17,604 nt of DNA from the IMG/VR virus record IMGVR_UViG_3300021400_000219, positions 121,970-139,573 of that record; one strand, given 5' to 3'. Of the stretch, positions 1 to 6,295 are shown piece after piece. How positions within the stretch are numbered: position 1 is the stretch's first letter; each line of letters starts with the position of its first letter. The position numbers and the translations under genes were made by a program. The notes under the pieces were generated by a model, which worked only from the letters and a program-made list of their open reading frames with translations, had not been told where the DNA came from and searched no databases. Origin of the DNA: a virus.

Positions 1-367
1 CTTCATCAAATACAGTCTGACTAGCGTTAGTGATAGCCTTGGAAATTTCAGAAGCAAAGTCAACTACATCATCAGTCAGAATATTATCCAGATATTCATC
101 AGTGACAAACTTTGCAGCGGGGTCATCATCAATAGCTCGCAGTGCCTTCATGCTTGCGAGCAGGAGCTTCTTCATCTTATCTCTATCACTGGCCGCATCC
201 TCTTCCTTCTTTCTCTTGGCTTCAGCCTCTTCCCTATGATACTGTGCCTTGGCAATAGCGATTGCATCTTCAACAGAATCTTCAATAGCAACTACAGCAT
301 AACCCTCTCTAAAAGCTTCAAGCAGAACAGGAGTAAGCTTTGCAGTCAATTCATATCTATCAATCAT
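1..367 (-). CDS. hypothetical protein, N-terminal part (gene runs off left edge)
   Basis: Open at the window edge, so absent from the ORF track. The reverse strand from ATG 367-365 reads MIDRYELTAKLTPVLLEAFREGYAVVAIEDSVEDAIAIAKAQYHREEAEAKRKKEED... with no stop to position 1. GAAAGGA SD upstream; own promoter at 402-430. Confidence 0.7.
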   Translation of the reverse strand, partial: MIDRYELTAKLTPVLLEAFREGYAVVAIEDSVEDAIAIAKAQYHREEAEAKRKKEEDAASDRDKMKKLLLASMKALRAIDDDPAAKFVTDEYLDNILTDDVVDFASEISKAITNASQTVFDE

Positions 368-401
368 TTATTTATCATATCCTTTCTCATTTTCTATATA
401 T

Positions 402-430
402 ATTATAACAAAAATTTTTTTGAAAATCAA
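402..430 (-). promoter_or_regulatory. sigma-A/70-type promoter, AT-rich subclass
   Basis: Minus strand TTGATT-N17-TATAAT with TGT extension; about 30 nt 5' of CDS <1..367. Confidence 0.6.
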
Positions 431-581
431 TAAAAACATTTAAAAAGGTAGTGAAATTGCCGAGCAAGATTTTCTCACGGAGAAACACTCATAAAGAGGT
501 AAAACGATATTAAATTGTAGGTTAAAAATGAAGCTTGGTAATCACCCCAGAGCAACCTCAGAAACGAGAAAATTTGAGGAT

Positions 582-610
582 TTGCTTTTTATAAAAATAT
601 ATAGTATAAT
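582..610 (+). promoter_or_regulatory. candidate plus-strand promoter
   Basis: TTGCTT-N17-TATAAT followed by ATAAATGGGGG. The other plus-strand promoters in the window show the same -10 then GGGG(G) context. Confidence 0.35.
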
Positions 611-710
611 ATAAATGGGGGTAGTATCTTTACCGAGCACGTGGATTAGTATAATATACTATTTAATTAAATAAAATAACGTATAAAGTTTAGTTAAAAA
701 GTTATTTAAT

Positions 711-739
711 TTGATTTATTTTATTAAATATTTTATAAT
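711..739 (+). promoter_or_regulatory. candidate plus-strand promoter
   Basis: TTGATT-N17-TATAAT followed by ATAATGGGGA. Confidence 0.35.
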
Positions 740-753
740 ATAATGGGGAAATA

Positions 754-778
754 TTATTATTTTTTTAAAAAATAATAA
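754..778. repeat. perfect A/T-only inverted repeat
   Basis: TTATTATTTTTT (754-765), then T, then AAAAAATAATAA (767-778); 12-bp arms. Confidence 0.85.
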
Positions 779-822
779 AAATATCTAAGTATTATTATAT
801 ATAATAATATCTTTTTTATTTT

Positions 823-851
823 ATTATACCAAAAATTTTTTTAAAAATCAA
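823..851 (-). promoter_or_regulatory. sigma-A/70-type promoter, AT-rich subclass
   Basis: Minus strand TTGATT-N17-TATAAT with TGG extension. No ORF follows; it reads into the AT-rich region. Confidence 0.5.
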
Positions 852-862
852 ATTTTTTTGTG

Positions 863-876
863 TTTCCGATCGGAAA
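863..876. repeat. perfect 14-bp palindrome TTTCCGATCGGAAA
   Basis: Read directly; lies between tandem promoters 894-922 and 823-851. Confidence 0.85.
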
Positions 877-893
877 AAATAGTTTTTTTTAAT

Positions 894-922
894 ATTATAA
901 CATATTTTTTTATGAAAATCAA
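894..922 (-). promoter_or_regulatory. sigma-A/70-type promoter, AT-rich subclass
   Basis: Minus strand TTGATT-N17-TATAAT with TGT extension. Confidence 0.5.
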
Positions 923-938
923 ATCGGTAATAGGTGCG

Positions 939-1173
939 CGTGTGAGCTAAAACCGTGCATATGGGGTGTTGTTAAACCGGTCGGATTTGTGTTAGAAAAA
1001 GTTGCATATGAGATTGTGTTTTCGGGATTCGCGGGGGCGGCGCTGAAAGCCACTCGTGTGAGCAAAATTTTTGCATATGGGGGTCTTGTTCGGGCGCGCG
1101 GAAACGCCGCCAGCACACGCCCGTGCGCCGGCGGTTCAAGGTGTGCCCTATTATGAGGGGTAAGCGTGTGAGC
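939..1173. repeat. iteron-like direct repeats in a GC-rich island
   Basis: CGTGTGAGC at 939-947, 1055-1063 and 1165-1173. TGCATATG(G/A)G at 956-963, 1003-1010 and 1072-1079. CTTTAAAG palindromes around 1196-1220. Confidence 0.6.
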
Positions 1174-1255
1174 CCTTATAGCCTTAAAGGTATAAAGCTT
1201 TAAAGCTTTAAAGGTCTAGTTTTGCCCGGGCGAATTAGCGCAGGCTAACCGCAGG

Positions 1256-1292
1256 TAAAAATTAAACCCCCAGGGGTTTGGACCCCCTGGGG
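1256..1292 (-). terminator. intrinsic terminator
   Basis: Minus strand CCCCAGGGG-N7-CCCCTGGGG (1268-1292) followed by GTTTAATTTTT; ends the mini-ORF transcript. Confidence 0.7.
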
Positions 1293-1337
1293 TAGGACCA
1301 TTTTTTGGCAGGTTGGTGTCCCTTCCACCTACGCTTG

Positions 1338-1361
1338 TTAAATAAATCCAGTAGGATACAT
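1338..1361 (-). CDS. 7-codon mini-ORF MYPTGFI (candidate micro-peptide or leader peptide)
   Basis: ATGTATCCTACTGGATTTATTTAA preceded by GGAGGTGATACC; tandem paralog of 1423..1446. Confidence 0.3.
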   Translation of the reverse strand: MYPTGFI

Positions 1362-1422
1362 GGTATCACCTCCATAGTATTTGAAACCACTCTTTGGCGG
1401 GCTGGCTTCTACTCCCATTCTA

Positions 1423-1446
1423 TTACGTAAATCCAGAGTAATACAT
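1423..1446 (-). CDS. 7-codon mini-ORF MYYSGFT (candidate micro-peptide or leader peptide)
   Basis: ATGTATTACTCTGGATTTACGTAA preceded by GAGGTGATTTAGAA. Confidence 0.3.
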   Translation of the reverse strand: MYYSGFT

Positions 1447-1592
1447 TTCTAAATCACCTCAACAATAATTTTTAATTCTTTAGTGTTTCGCTAGACGAAA
1501 CCTGTGGGGAACCTACGCATGGCCCTCTCTCCCTTCCTAGTCTATTCCGCAGGGGAGGTTTGGCGCCTTGCCCTCTCCCTTGGAACAATTAT

Positions 1593-1621
1593 AGTATAAC
1601 AGATAGGGCCGTATTTGTCAA
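1593..1621 (-). promoter_or_regulatory. sigma-A/70-type promoter, class A upstream module
   Basis: Minus TTGACA-N17-TATACT (TGT-extended); drives the ~300-nt transcript carrying the two mini-ORFs. Confidence 0.7.
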
Positions 1622-1713
1622 GGGGTTTTTGAAAAAAATTTAATGGAATTTTCTGGAAGTTGCGCCCGGGCGCGTTAGCCTAAGCTAACTCCCAGATAAA
1701 GGGAAAGCGGGGA

Positions 1714-2082
1714 TTACTCCCCGCTAACCGCCTTGAAATAGGTGGTGCGCTTCTCCTGCACCTTCTCCACAGTGCCAGCCTCAACCATCTGCCGAAGCAG
1801 AGCCGAAGCCCACTGGGAGGACTTGCCAAAGTTGGCACCCACATCCTTAGCCTGCCGCAGGAGGTTGGGGTCCTCCATCAGGAAATCCAGAATCTGGACC
1901 TTGAACCCCTCGTTCTCCAGCTGCTTCTTGGAAGGCTTGCGCTCACCCTTGGAGCTGTTGCGCTTCTGGTAAGAAGCCTTGCAAGCCTCCAGCTTCTCCA
2001 CAACCTCAGCATCGAAGTTGTTGCGGGACAGGAAGTCAATGGCGGAAGTCAGAGCGTCCACATAAGTCATCTTGGTAGCCAT
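1714..2082 (-). CDS. winged-helix-like small DNA-binding protein, paralog family 1 (subtype a)
   Basis: 122-aa ORF; ATG 2082 after AAAGGA SD. The C-terminus ...SSQWASALLRQMVEAGTVEKVQEKRTTYFKA looks like a recognition helix plus wing. Paralogous to 7440..7805, 4399..4761 and 9645..10019. Confidence 0.9.
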   Translation of the reverse strand: MATKMTYVDALTSAIDFLSRNNFDAEVVEKLEACKASYQKRNSSKGERKPSKKQLENEGFKVQILDFLMEDPNLLRQAKDVGANFGKSSQWASALLRQMVEAGTVEKVQEKRTTYFKAVSGE

Positions 2083-2132
2083 AGTATCAATCCTTTCTGG
2101 TTTGGGAGGTTTTCCTTCCTCTTTATGTATTT

Positions 2133-2161
2133 ATTGTATCACAGGTTTGAGGGTTTGTCAA
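2133..2161 (-). promoter_or_regulatory. sigma-A/70-type promoter (gene-proximal of a tandem pair)
   Basis: Minus TTGACA-N17-TACAAT (TGA-extended), with an A/T-rich UP-like tract upstream; serves 1714..2082. Confidence 0.75.
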
Positions 2162-2232
2162 GACCTTTTTTTGATTTTTTTGAAAATCTTTTTTCGGCCT
2201 TGGCCGTTGTCCCTCTCCCTTGGAACAATTAT

Positions 2233-2261
2233 AGTATAGCAGAAGGGGGGCCAAAAGTCAA
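2233..2261 (-). promoter_or_regulatory. sigma-A/70-type promoter, class B (GGTTACA repeats upstream)
   Basis: Minus TTGACT-N17-TATACT (TGC-extended); GGTTACAATTTGGTTACA at 2282-2299; distal partner of 2133-2161. Confidence 0.65.
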
Positions 2262-2321
2262 TTACAAAGTAGAAACAAAATGGTTACAATTTGGTTACAG
2301 GCGCCCGGGCGGAAAACTGCA

Positions 2322-2597
2322 TCAAGCGTGATGCAATTTTCCATCAACGACATAAGTTATACTTTCAAGGCCATCATACTCATCAATTTCCCAGTCGGTA
2401 CAGTTGTCAGGAAGGTCTACCATCACAAGGTTTGCGGTGTAGCCAGAAATATCTTTAGAACCATACTCGTGCATTAACATGATTAAACGCTCATCAGTGC
2501 GTTCAATCATGGCGTAAGGATGTTTCAGACCCAGCTTGTTACAAGCCATAGGAGAAAGAGAAAAACCACCATAGCATTTATTCAACACAATCTTCAT
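2322..2597 (-). CDS. hypothetical protein (91 aa)
   Basis: ORF track; ATG 2597 after AAGGAGG SD. The stop lies inside the hairpin TTGCATCA-N4-TGATGCAA. Confidence 0.85.
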   Translation of the reverse strand: MKIVLNKCYGGFSLSPMACNKLGLKHPYAMIERTDERLIMLMHEYGSKDISGYTANLVMVDLPDNCTDWEIDEYDGLESITYVVDGKLHHA

Positions 2598-2628
2598 TTG
2601 AAGTTACCTCCTTCGTTTCTGTAATTAT

Positions 2629-2657
2629 AATATACCACAGTATTCGCTAATAGTCAA
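2629..2657 (-). promoter_or_regulatory. sigma-A/70-type promoter, class B
   Basis: Minus TTGACT-N17-TATATT (TGG-extended); GTTACATTTTGGTTACA at 2658-2674. Confidence 0.65.
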
Positions 2658-2698
2658 GTTACATTTTGGTTACAGAAATGCCCGGGCGCTTCACTGCG

Positions 2699-2839
2699 CT
2701 AAAGCAGTGAAGAACGCCATTTTATTTTCCAGCAATACCAAAACTTAAAAATATTATACGGTTTTACCCCCATCAAATACGCCCCCTTTTTATGCACTTT
2801 ATACGCATCAAAAAACTTTCTTTCAATAATCTTTCTCAT
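2699..2839 (-). CDS. small basic, aromatic-rich protein (46 aa)
   Basis: Below the ORF-track cut-off. ATG 2839 lies 4 nt after the exonuclease stop, with AAGGGGG SD. Sequence MRKIIERKFFDAYKVHKKGAYLMGVKPYNIFKFWYCWKIKWRSSLL. The stop is in the loop of CTTCACTGC/GCAGTGAAG. Confidence 0.55.
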   Translation of the reverse strand: MRKIIERKFFDAYKVHKKGAYLMGVKPYNIFKFWYCWKIKWRSSLL

Positions 2840-2843
2840 TTAT

Positions 2844-3536
2844 TTATTCCCCCTTTAGAGCCTTTCTATAAACCTGAACTTTACGCCAGCAATTATAAGA
2901 AATAGAATCATCAAAATCAAGGCCAGATTTAATAATTTTCATGTAAATCTGTCTTTCAATGTCCACATCTTCAAGCCCTGTATGTTCTTCAATAAAATCA
3001 GTATTATTAGTGATAAATCTATACGCAATTTCTGCGCTAGTTTGTACGTTGCCACAATCAGAAATAAATCCGTTGCGTTCTGCATAGTTAATAAAAGCGG
3101 GGGTTTTCAAAATAGAACTGCAAGCCATGTTCCAGATGCAAAAATATTCAGTATTATAAGGGAAAAACCAGCGGATAAAAGAACAAGTGATAAAACGTGC
3201 ATCATTATTTGTGGCCCGCTTGTCAAAGCCCATATTATACGCCCCTACTTTATAGGCGTTATACTCTCTCATGTCCGCCCACAAAATACGCCGAATATTT
3301 AACAGCTTTTTCAGGGTTCTTTTACCCTCTTTAATCTGCTCCCAATACTGCGGAATCTTTTCCGCAAAATAAGCGTTCTGCATCATTTCCTTATCAAGGA
3401 AAATTTCAGCCACAACGAAAGAACGCTCGACCAAAATCTCACCAGTGGTATTATCCACAATCTGGTAGCCCACATCATAGGGCAAAGGCTGTTCCACACA
3501 GTTGGCAGTCTCAGTATCAATAATCAGAATATTCAT
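2844..3536 (-). CDS. DEDDh-type 3'-5' exonuclease (DnaQ-like fold)
   Basis: True start is MNILIIDTET at 3536; the upstream part of the 295-aa track ORF reads through the promoter. Motifs: IIDTET (ExoI), YNMGFD (ExoII), HTGLEDVD (ExoIII with His). Confidence 0.85.
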   Translation of the reverse strand: MNILIIDTETANCVEQPLPYDVGYQIVDNTTGEILVERSFVVAEIFLDKEMMQNAYFAEKIPQYWEQIKEGKRTLKKLLNIRRILWADMREYNAYKVGAYNMGFDKRATNNDARFITCSFIRWFFPYNTEYFCIWNMACSSILKTPAFINYAERNGFISDCGNVQTSAEIAYRFITNNTDFIEEHTGLEDVDIERQIYMKIIKSGLDFDDSISYNCWRKVQVYRKALKGE

Positions 3537-3591
3537 AGTATCAATTCCCTTCTTTTTTTTCTTGGGGTTTCTGACCCCCTCAACAATTATT

Positions 3592-3619
3592 ATTATAGCA
3601 GGTTTTTTGAAAATTGCAA
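3592..3619 (-). promoter_or_regulatory. sigma-A/70-type promoter, class C (TTGCACAA operator upstream)
   Basis: Minus TTGCAA-N16-TATAAT (TGC-extended); inverted repeat TTGCACAAAA (3629-3638) / TTTTGTGCAA (3651-3660). Confidence 0.6.
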
Positions 3620-3699
3620 GATGGTAAATTGCACAAAATGCGCAGGTAGTTTTTGTGCAAAATGCCGGGGCGCCCGGGCGGGAGTTAGCCGCAGCTAAC

Positions 3700-3834
3700 T
3701 CACCATGTATGCGTGTCAATGTATTCCACAAAATACCATGCAGGCATACAAAGATAATAAATACCTAACAGAAACAGGGCCGCAATAAGCTTAAAGGGAA
3801 ACAGAATATAATTTTTAATACGCTTTTTATTCAT
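3700..3834 (-). CDS. small single-TM protein (44 aa)
   Basis: Below the track cut-off. AAAGGA SD. Sequence MNKKRIKNYILFPFKLIAALFLLGIYYLCMPAWYFVEYIDTHTW. The stop abuts the GAGTTAGC/GCTAACTC hairpin. Confidence 0.6.
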   Translation of the reverse strand: MNKKRIKNYILFPFKLIAALFLLGIYYLCMPAWYFVEYIDTHTW

Positions 3835-3878
3835 TTTTATTTATCCTTTCTTTTGGAATAATAGGGGGCTTGCGCCCC

Positions 3879-4229
3879 CTACTTTCTTTTTTGCGTCAAT
3901 GTCAACTCAAACTTCTTTCCGTCAACCTCAAAAGCAATAACTCTTTCCTTGTTAGTGATTTCAAGGTTATCAACGGAGTTAGTCAGAAAGTTAGCAATTT
4001 CCGCAATCAAATGGCCTTTGGTTTCGTTGGGTTTTCTTTCCCTTTTGGTGAATTTGTAAGCCGTAGGCTTTCTGTCTGCCTGCCTTGCTTTCTTTTCCAC
4101 CTTTTTCTGTTCAGCCGTCAAGGGGAACGGGTCTGCGCCCTTGTCGATTTCTTTATCAGTGGCAATGATTTCCATCGCTTCCTGTTCAGAAATATCAAGG
4201 ACTTTCATCAGTCTTTCCTTTTGGTTCAT
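3879..4229 (-). CDS. hypothetical basic protein, paralog family 2
   Basis: True start MNQKERL at 4229 (AGGAAGGGG SD). 116 aa, paralogous to 9262..9615 over its full length (shared ...QADRK..AYKF.K.ERK.N..K...). Confidence 0.85.
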   Translation of the reverse strand: MNQKERLMKVLDISEQEAMEIIATDKEIDKGADPFPLTAEQKKVEKKARQADRKPTAYKFTKRERKPNETKGHLIAEIANFLTNSVDNLEITNKERVIAFEVDGKKFELTLTQKRK

Positions 4230-4253
4230 GGTATCACCCCTTCCTTGATTATT

Positions 4254-4282
4254 ATTATAAGGGATAGAGGGCCAAAAGTCAA
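4254..4282 (-). promoter_or_regulatory. sigma-A/70-type promoter, class C
   Basis: Minus TTGACT-N17-TATAAT; TCGTCAATTTGCAC motif at 4294-4307. Confidence 0.65.
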
Positions 4283-4361
4283 GATAAATTTGTTCGTCAA
4301 TTTGCACAAAAGTGGTTAGTATAGGCTAACCGCACCCGGGAGAGTTAGTGTGCGCTAACTT

Positions 4362-4392
4362 CCAGAAAAAGGAAAAGGCCCCACATGGGGCC
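4362..4392 (-). terminator. intrinsic terminator
   Basis: Minus GGCCCCA-TG-TGGGGCC (4377-4392) followed by TTTTCCTTTTTC; just 3' of CDS 4399..4761. Confidence 0.65.
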
Positions 4393-4398
4393 TAATCC

Positions 4399-4761
4399 TC
4401 AAATGTCCATGGCCTTGAAGTAGGTGACACGCTTGTCAACATACTTGTCAACCATGCCGTTGAGATACAGGGTGCGGAGCAGACCGCTCACCCGCTGGCT
4501 GGTAGCATCTGCCAGCTCAGGCACCCCAGCGCAAATCTCAGAGATGCGGAAACCCTTGTCCGAATCATCCCGCAGGAAATCCAGAATCTTGGAGCGAATG
4601 GCATCGTTTTCCACCTGCTTGGCGGAAGGCTTGCGCTCAGCCGTGGACTTCTTGGCAAAGCCCTCGGCAATCTTTTCCAGCTTCTCCCGCAGGGCAGTTT
4701 CCTCAGCAGGGACGAAAGTCAGGGCCATCTCAATAGCAGTCTTATTAGTCAGCTTAGTCAT
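4399..4761 (-). CDS. winged-helix-like small DNA-binding protein, paralog family 1 (subtype b)
   Basis: True start MTKLTNK at 4761; the track ORF extends through the promoter. The C-terminus GFRISEICAGVPELADATSQRVSGLLRTLYLNGMVDKYVDKRVTYFKAM is nearly identical to that of 9645..10019. Confidence 0.9.
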   Translation of the reverse strand: MTKLTNKTAIEMALTFVPAEETALREKLEKIAEGFAKKSTAERKPSAKQVENDAIRSKILDFLRDDSDKGFRISEICAGVPELADATSQRVSGLLRTLYLNGMVDKYVDKRVTYFKAMDI

Positions 4762-4830
4762 AGTATCACTCACTTTCTCCGTTTTAACGAGTTCGGCTCT
4801 CAATCTTTTGTTTTCCTTTACTGTACTTGT

Positions 4831-4859
4831 ATTATAGCACAGCTTGGGGAGTTTGTCAA
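4831..4859 (-). promoter_or_regulatory. sigma-A/70-type promoter (gene-proximal of a tandem pair)
   Basis: Minus TTGACA-N17-TATAAT (TGC-extended); its 5'UTR is conserved with that of 7440..7805. Confidence 0.75.
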
Positions 4860-4960
4860 GAGGTTTTGAAAACTTTTTTCGGATTATTTTACACCGACCA
4901 TTAACTCTCAAGGAGTGGCTCTCTTTCGCTCGCCGTCCCCAACCCCTCTTGACATTTATT

Positions 4961-4988
4961 ATTATAGCAGATTTCTCCCAAATTGCAA
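4961..4988 (-). promoter_or_regulatory. sigma-A/70-type promoter, class C (distal tandem)
   Basis: Minus TTGCAA-N16-TATAAT (TGC-extended); homologous to 3592-3619, including the upstream ATTGCAAGATGG..GCACAAA. Confidence 0.6.
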
Positions 4989-5037
4989 GATGGGATTTTG
5001 CACAAATTAGATTAACTTCTTTTGGTTAAAATGTCAA

Positions 5038-5066
5038 TAGACAAGCGCATGTTTTTGTGATAAAAT
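5038..5066 (+). promoter_or_regulatory. plus-strand promoter facing a GC-rich island
   Basis: TAGACA-N17-TAAAAT (TGA-extended) followed by TAGTGGGGGG. Its -35 overlaps a minus-sense TTGACA (GTCAATAGACA, 5033-5043). Confidence 0.5.
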
Positions 5067-5072
5067 TAGTGG

Positions 5073-5150
5073 GGGGTCTGCGCGCGGCGGCACCGGCCGT
5101 TATCGGGACGCGCGTGTGTGTGCGTGTGTCGCTTTAAAGAGCTAAAGCGC
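5073..5150 (+). ncRNA. candidate small RNA / GC-rich island, copy C
   Basis: Starts downstream of promoter 5038-5066. Sequence GGGGGTCTGCGCGCGGCGGCACCGGCCGTTATCGGG...GCTTTAAAGAGCTAAAGCG, homologous to 14045-14135 and 16951-17045. Contains a 22-nt alternating purine-pyrimidine run at 5108-5129. The 3' end is unknown. Confidence 0.3.
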
Positions 5151-5170
5151 CCGGGAGAGTTAGCGAGGGC

Positions 5171-5458
5171 TTACCCCTCGCTCGTATCTACTCCCAGAAT
5201 AATCAACAGACTACAGATAGTGCCCCACGCATGGACGCCCATGTCCTCAGGGATTGCATCCCACACATCAGGATACAGACGGCGCACACCAGAGAGAAGC
5301 ATCCCGCCCCAGTTACCACCGCAAGCGGTACACAAGTCAAGGAAATCTTTAAAACTCATTTTAGTTTTCTGCGCCATGCACGCATAGACAACAACTTCAT
5401 CGCCCCACTCGTTCCGCACAGTATCAAGGGCTTCCATGAAATCAGAATGAAGAATCAT
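5171..5458 (-). CDS. hypothetical protein (95 aa)
   Basis: ATG 5458 overlaps the upstream stop as ATGA. Begins MILHSDFMEALDTVRNEW...; the stop is in the loop of AGCGAGGG/CCCTCGCT. Confidence 0.85.
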   Translation of the reverse strand: MILHSDFMEALDTVRNEWGDEVVVYACMAQKTKMSFKDFLDLCTACGGNWGGMLLSGVRRLYPDVWDAIPEDMGVHAWGTICSLLIILGVDTSEG

Positions 5459-5601
5459 CTTGCACACTCCTTTCTCAAATCAGCTTTCAGATGGTGGCGA
5501 GCCATCCGCCGACAACTTCTCTTAATGTTTCTGTTGGAATAGGAATCAGTCCAGTAACGCCCACGGCGCAGACCCACACTCTTAGCCTTGAAGTTATTCA
5601 T
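5455..5601 (-). CDS. small Arg/Lys-rich protein (48 aa)
   Basis: True start at 5601 after GAGGGAGGAAC SD. Sequence MNNFKAKSVGLRRGRYWTDSYSNRNIKRSCRRMARHHLKADLRKECAR. Below the track cut-off once the promoter read-through is trimmed. Confidence 0.7.
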   Translation of the reverse strand: MNNFKAKSVGLRRGRYWTDSYSNRNIKRSCRRMARHHLKADLRKECAR

Positions 5602-5631
5602 TGCTTTGTTCCTCCCTCTTGGATTGTCTAT

Positions 5632-5660
5632 AGTATAGCAGATAATCAGGGATTTGTCAA
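5632..5660 (-). promoter_or_regulatory. sigma-A/70-type promoter, class A
   Basis: Minus TTGACA-N17-TATACT (TGC-extended). Confidence 0.75.
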
Positions 5661-5716
5661 TACTTTTGGACAAAAAAGTTTAAGGAAATATTTTCCAGGG
5701 CCCGGGCACTTGGAAA

Positions 5717-5995
5717 TTACTCCCAAGTCCCTTCCAGATAAAGCTGGATAATTCTAGTAGCCATTTTCTTGGGCTCCAGCATAGTCACGTCATCCTCATC
5801 CCAAGGGAACTGATAGGATTCAACCATTCCCTTGTCACTCCCATAGGTACCAGCATGACAAGCAACATCACCTTCATGCCAAGGGAAACGCAACTGCATC
5901 CCTTCAAAAATAGGATTAACAGTGAAAGGAACGCTTGCAAAAGTCAGGCAGGCAATCACAGCATTAATAGCATCAGTATACTTGTTAGTGAACAT
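5717..5995 (-). CDS. hypothetical protein (92 aa)
   Basis: True start MFTNKYT at 5995 after AAAGGAGGAAC SD; the stop is in a GUAA-type hairpin loop (5708-5728). Confidence 0.85.
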   Translation of the reverse strand: MFTNKYTDAINAVIACLTFASVPFTVNPIFEGMQLRFPWHEGDVACHAGTYGSDKGMVESYQFPWDEDDVTMLEPKKMATRIIQLYLEGTWE

Positions 5996-6025
5996 TTTTT
6001 GTTCCTCCTTTGTTTTACTGTAGTC

Positions 6026-6054
6026 ATTGTACCACATGGTAAAGCATTTGTCAA
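6026..6054 (-). promoter_or_regulatory. sigma-A/70-type promoter, class A
   Basis: Minus TTGACA-N17-TACAAT (TGG-extended). Confidence 0.75.
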
Positions 6055-6115
6055 TAGGTTTTTCAAAAAAATTTAATGGAATTTTTTTCCAGTTACCCGG
6101 GCGTGTGCTGGAAAT

Positions 6116-6295
6116 TTATTCCAGCACTTCCACCTCTTCCCAATCCCAAAACTCTTCATTAGGATTCCAGAATGTGGCAAAATCATCACATTCATCAATG
6201 GCAGAAACTCCCAGTTTACAGCGTCCATCCTTTTCCCAGTAGGGACAATCCCAGCCGTTGACAGTGCAGTAAATAACCATTCTTTTTTCTTTCAT
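6116..6295 (-). CDS. small acidic Cys-containing protein (59 aa)
   Basis: Missed by the track (59 aa). ATG 6295 overlaps the stop of 6292..6504 as ATGA. Sequence MKEKRMVIYCTVNGWDCPYWEKDGRCKLGVSAIDECDDFATFWNPNEEFWDWEEVEVLE. The stop is in the GTGCTGGAA/TTCCAGCAC hairpin. Confidence 0.7.
   Translation of the reverse strand: MKEKRMVIYCTVNGWDCPYWEKDGRCKLGVSAIDECDDFATFWNPNEEFWDWEEVEVLE

Noticed and set aside
519-606. 28-codon plus-strand ORF MKLGNHPRATSETRKFEDLLFIKIYSII in the AT-rich block
   Set aside because: It has only a weak TAGGT SD-like sequence, its C-terminus is AT-rich junk running into a promoter, and nothing supports conservation. I left it unannotated.
1674-1689. Integron gene-cassette array, because GTTAGC/GCTAAC resembles the attC core GTTRRRY/RYYYAAC
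   Set aside because: The palindromes are only 14-20 bp, whereas attC sites are much longer imperfect hairpins. The core does not fit RRR exactly. Every cassette carries its own promoter, and no integrase or attI is in the window. I kept the resemblance as a remote analogy only.
3537-3731. N-terminal extensions of track ORFs (e.g. 3537-3731, 4762-4911, 4230-4307, 5602-5673, 5996-6037, 6828-6908, 11342-11431, 13700-13816, 14291-14383)
   Set aside because: The extensions read straight through the -10/-35 elements and 5'UTR. Internal ATG or GTG codons sit at the proper distance from strong SDs, and paralog alignment supports the shorter forms.
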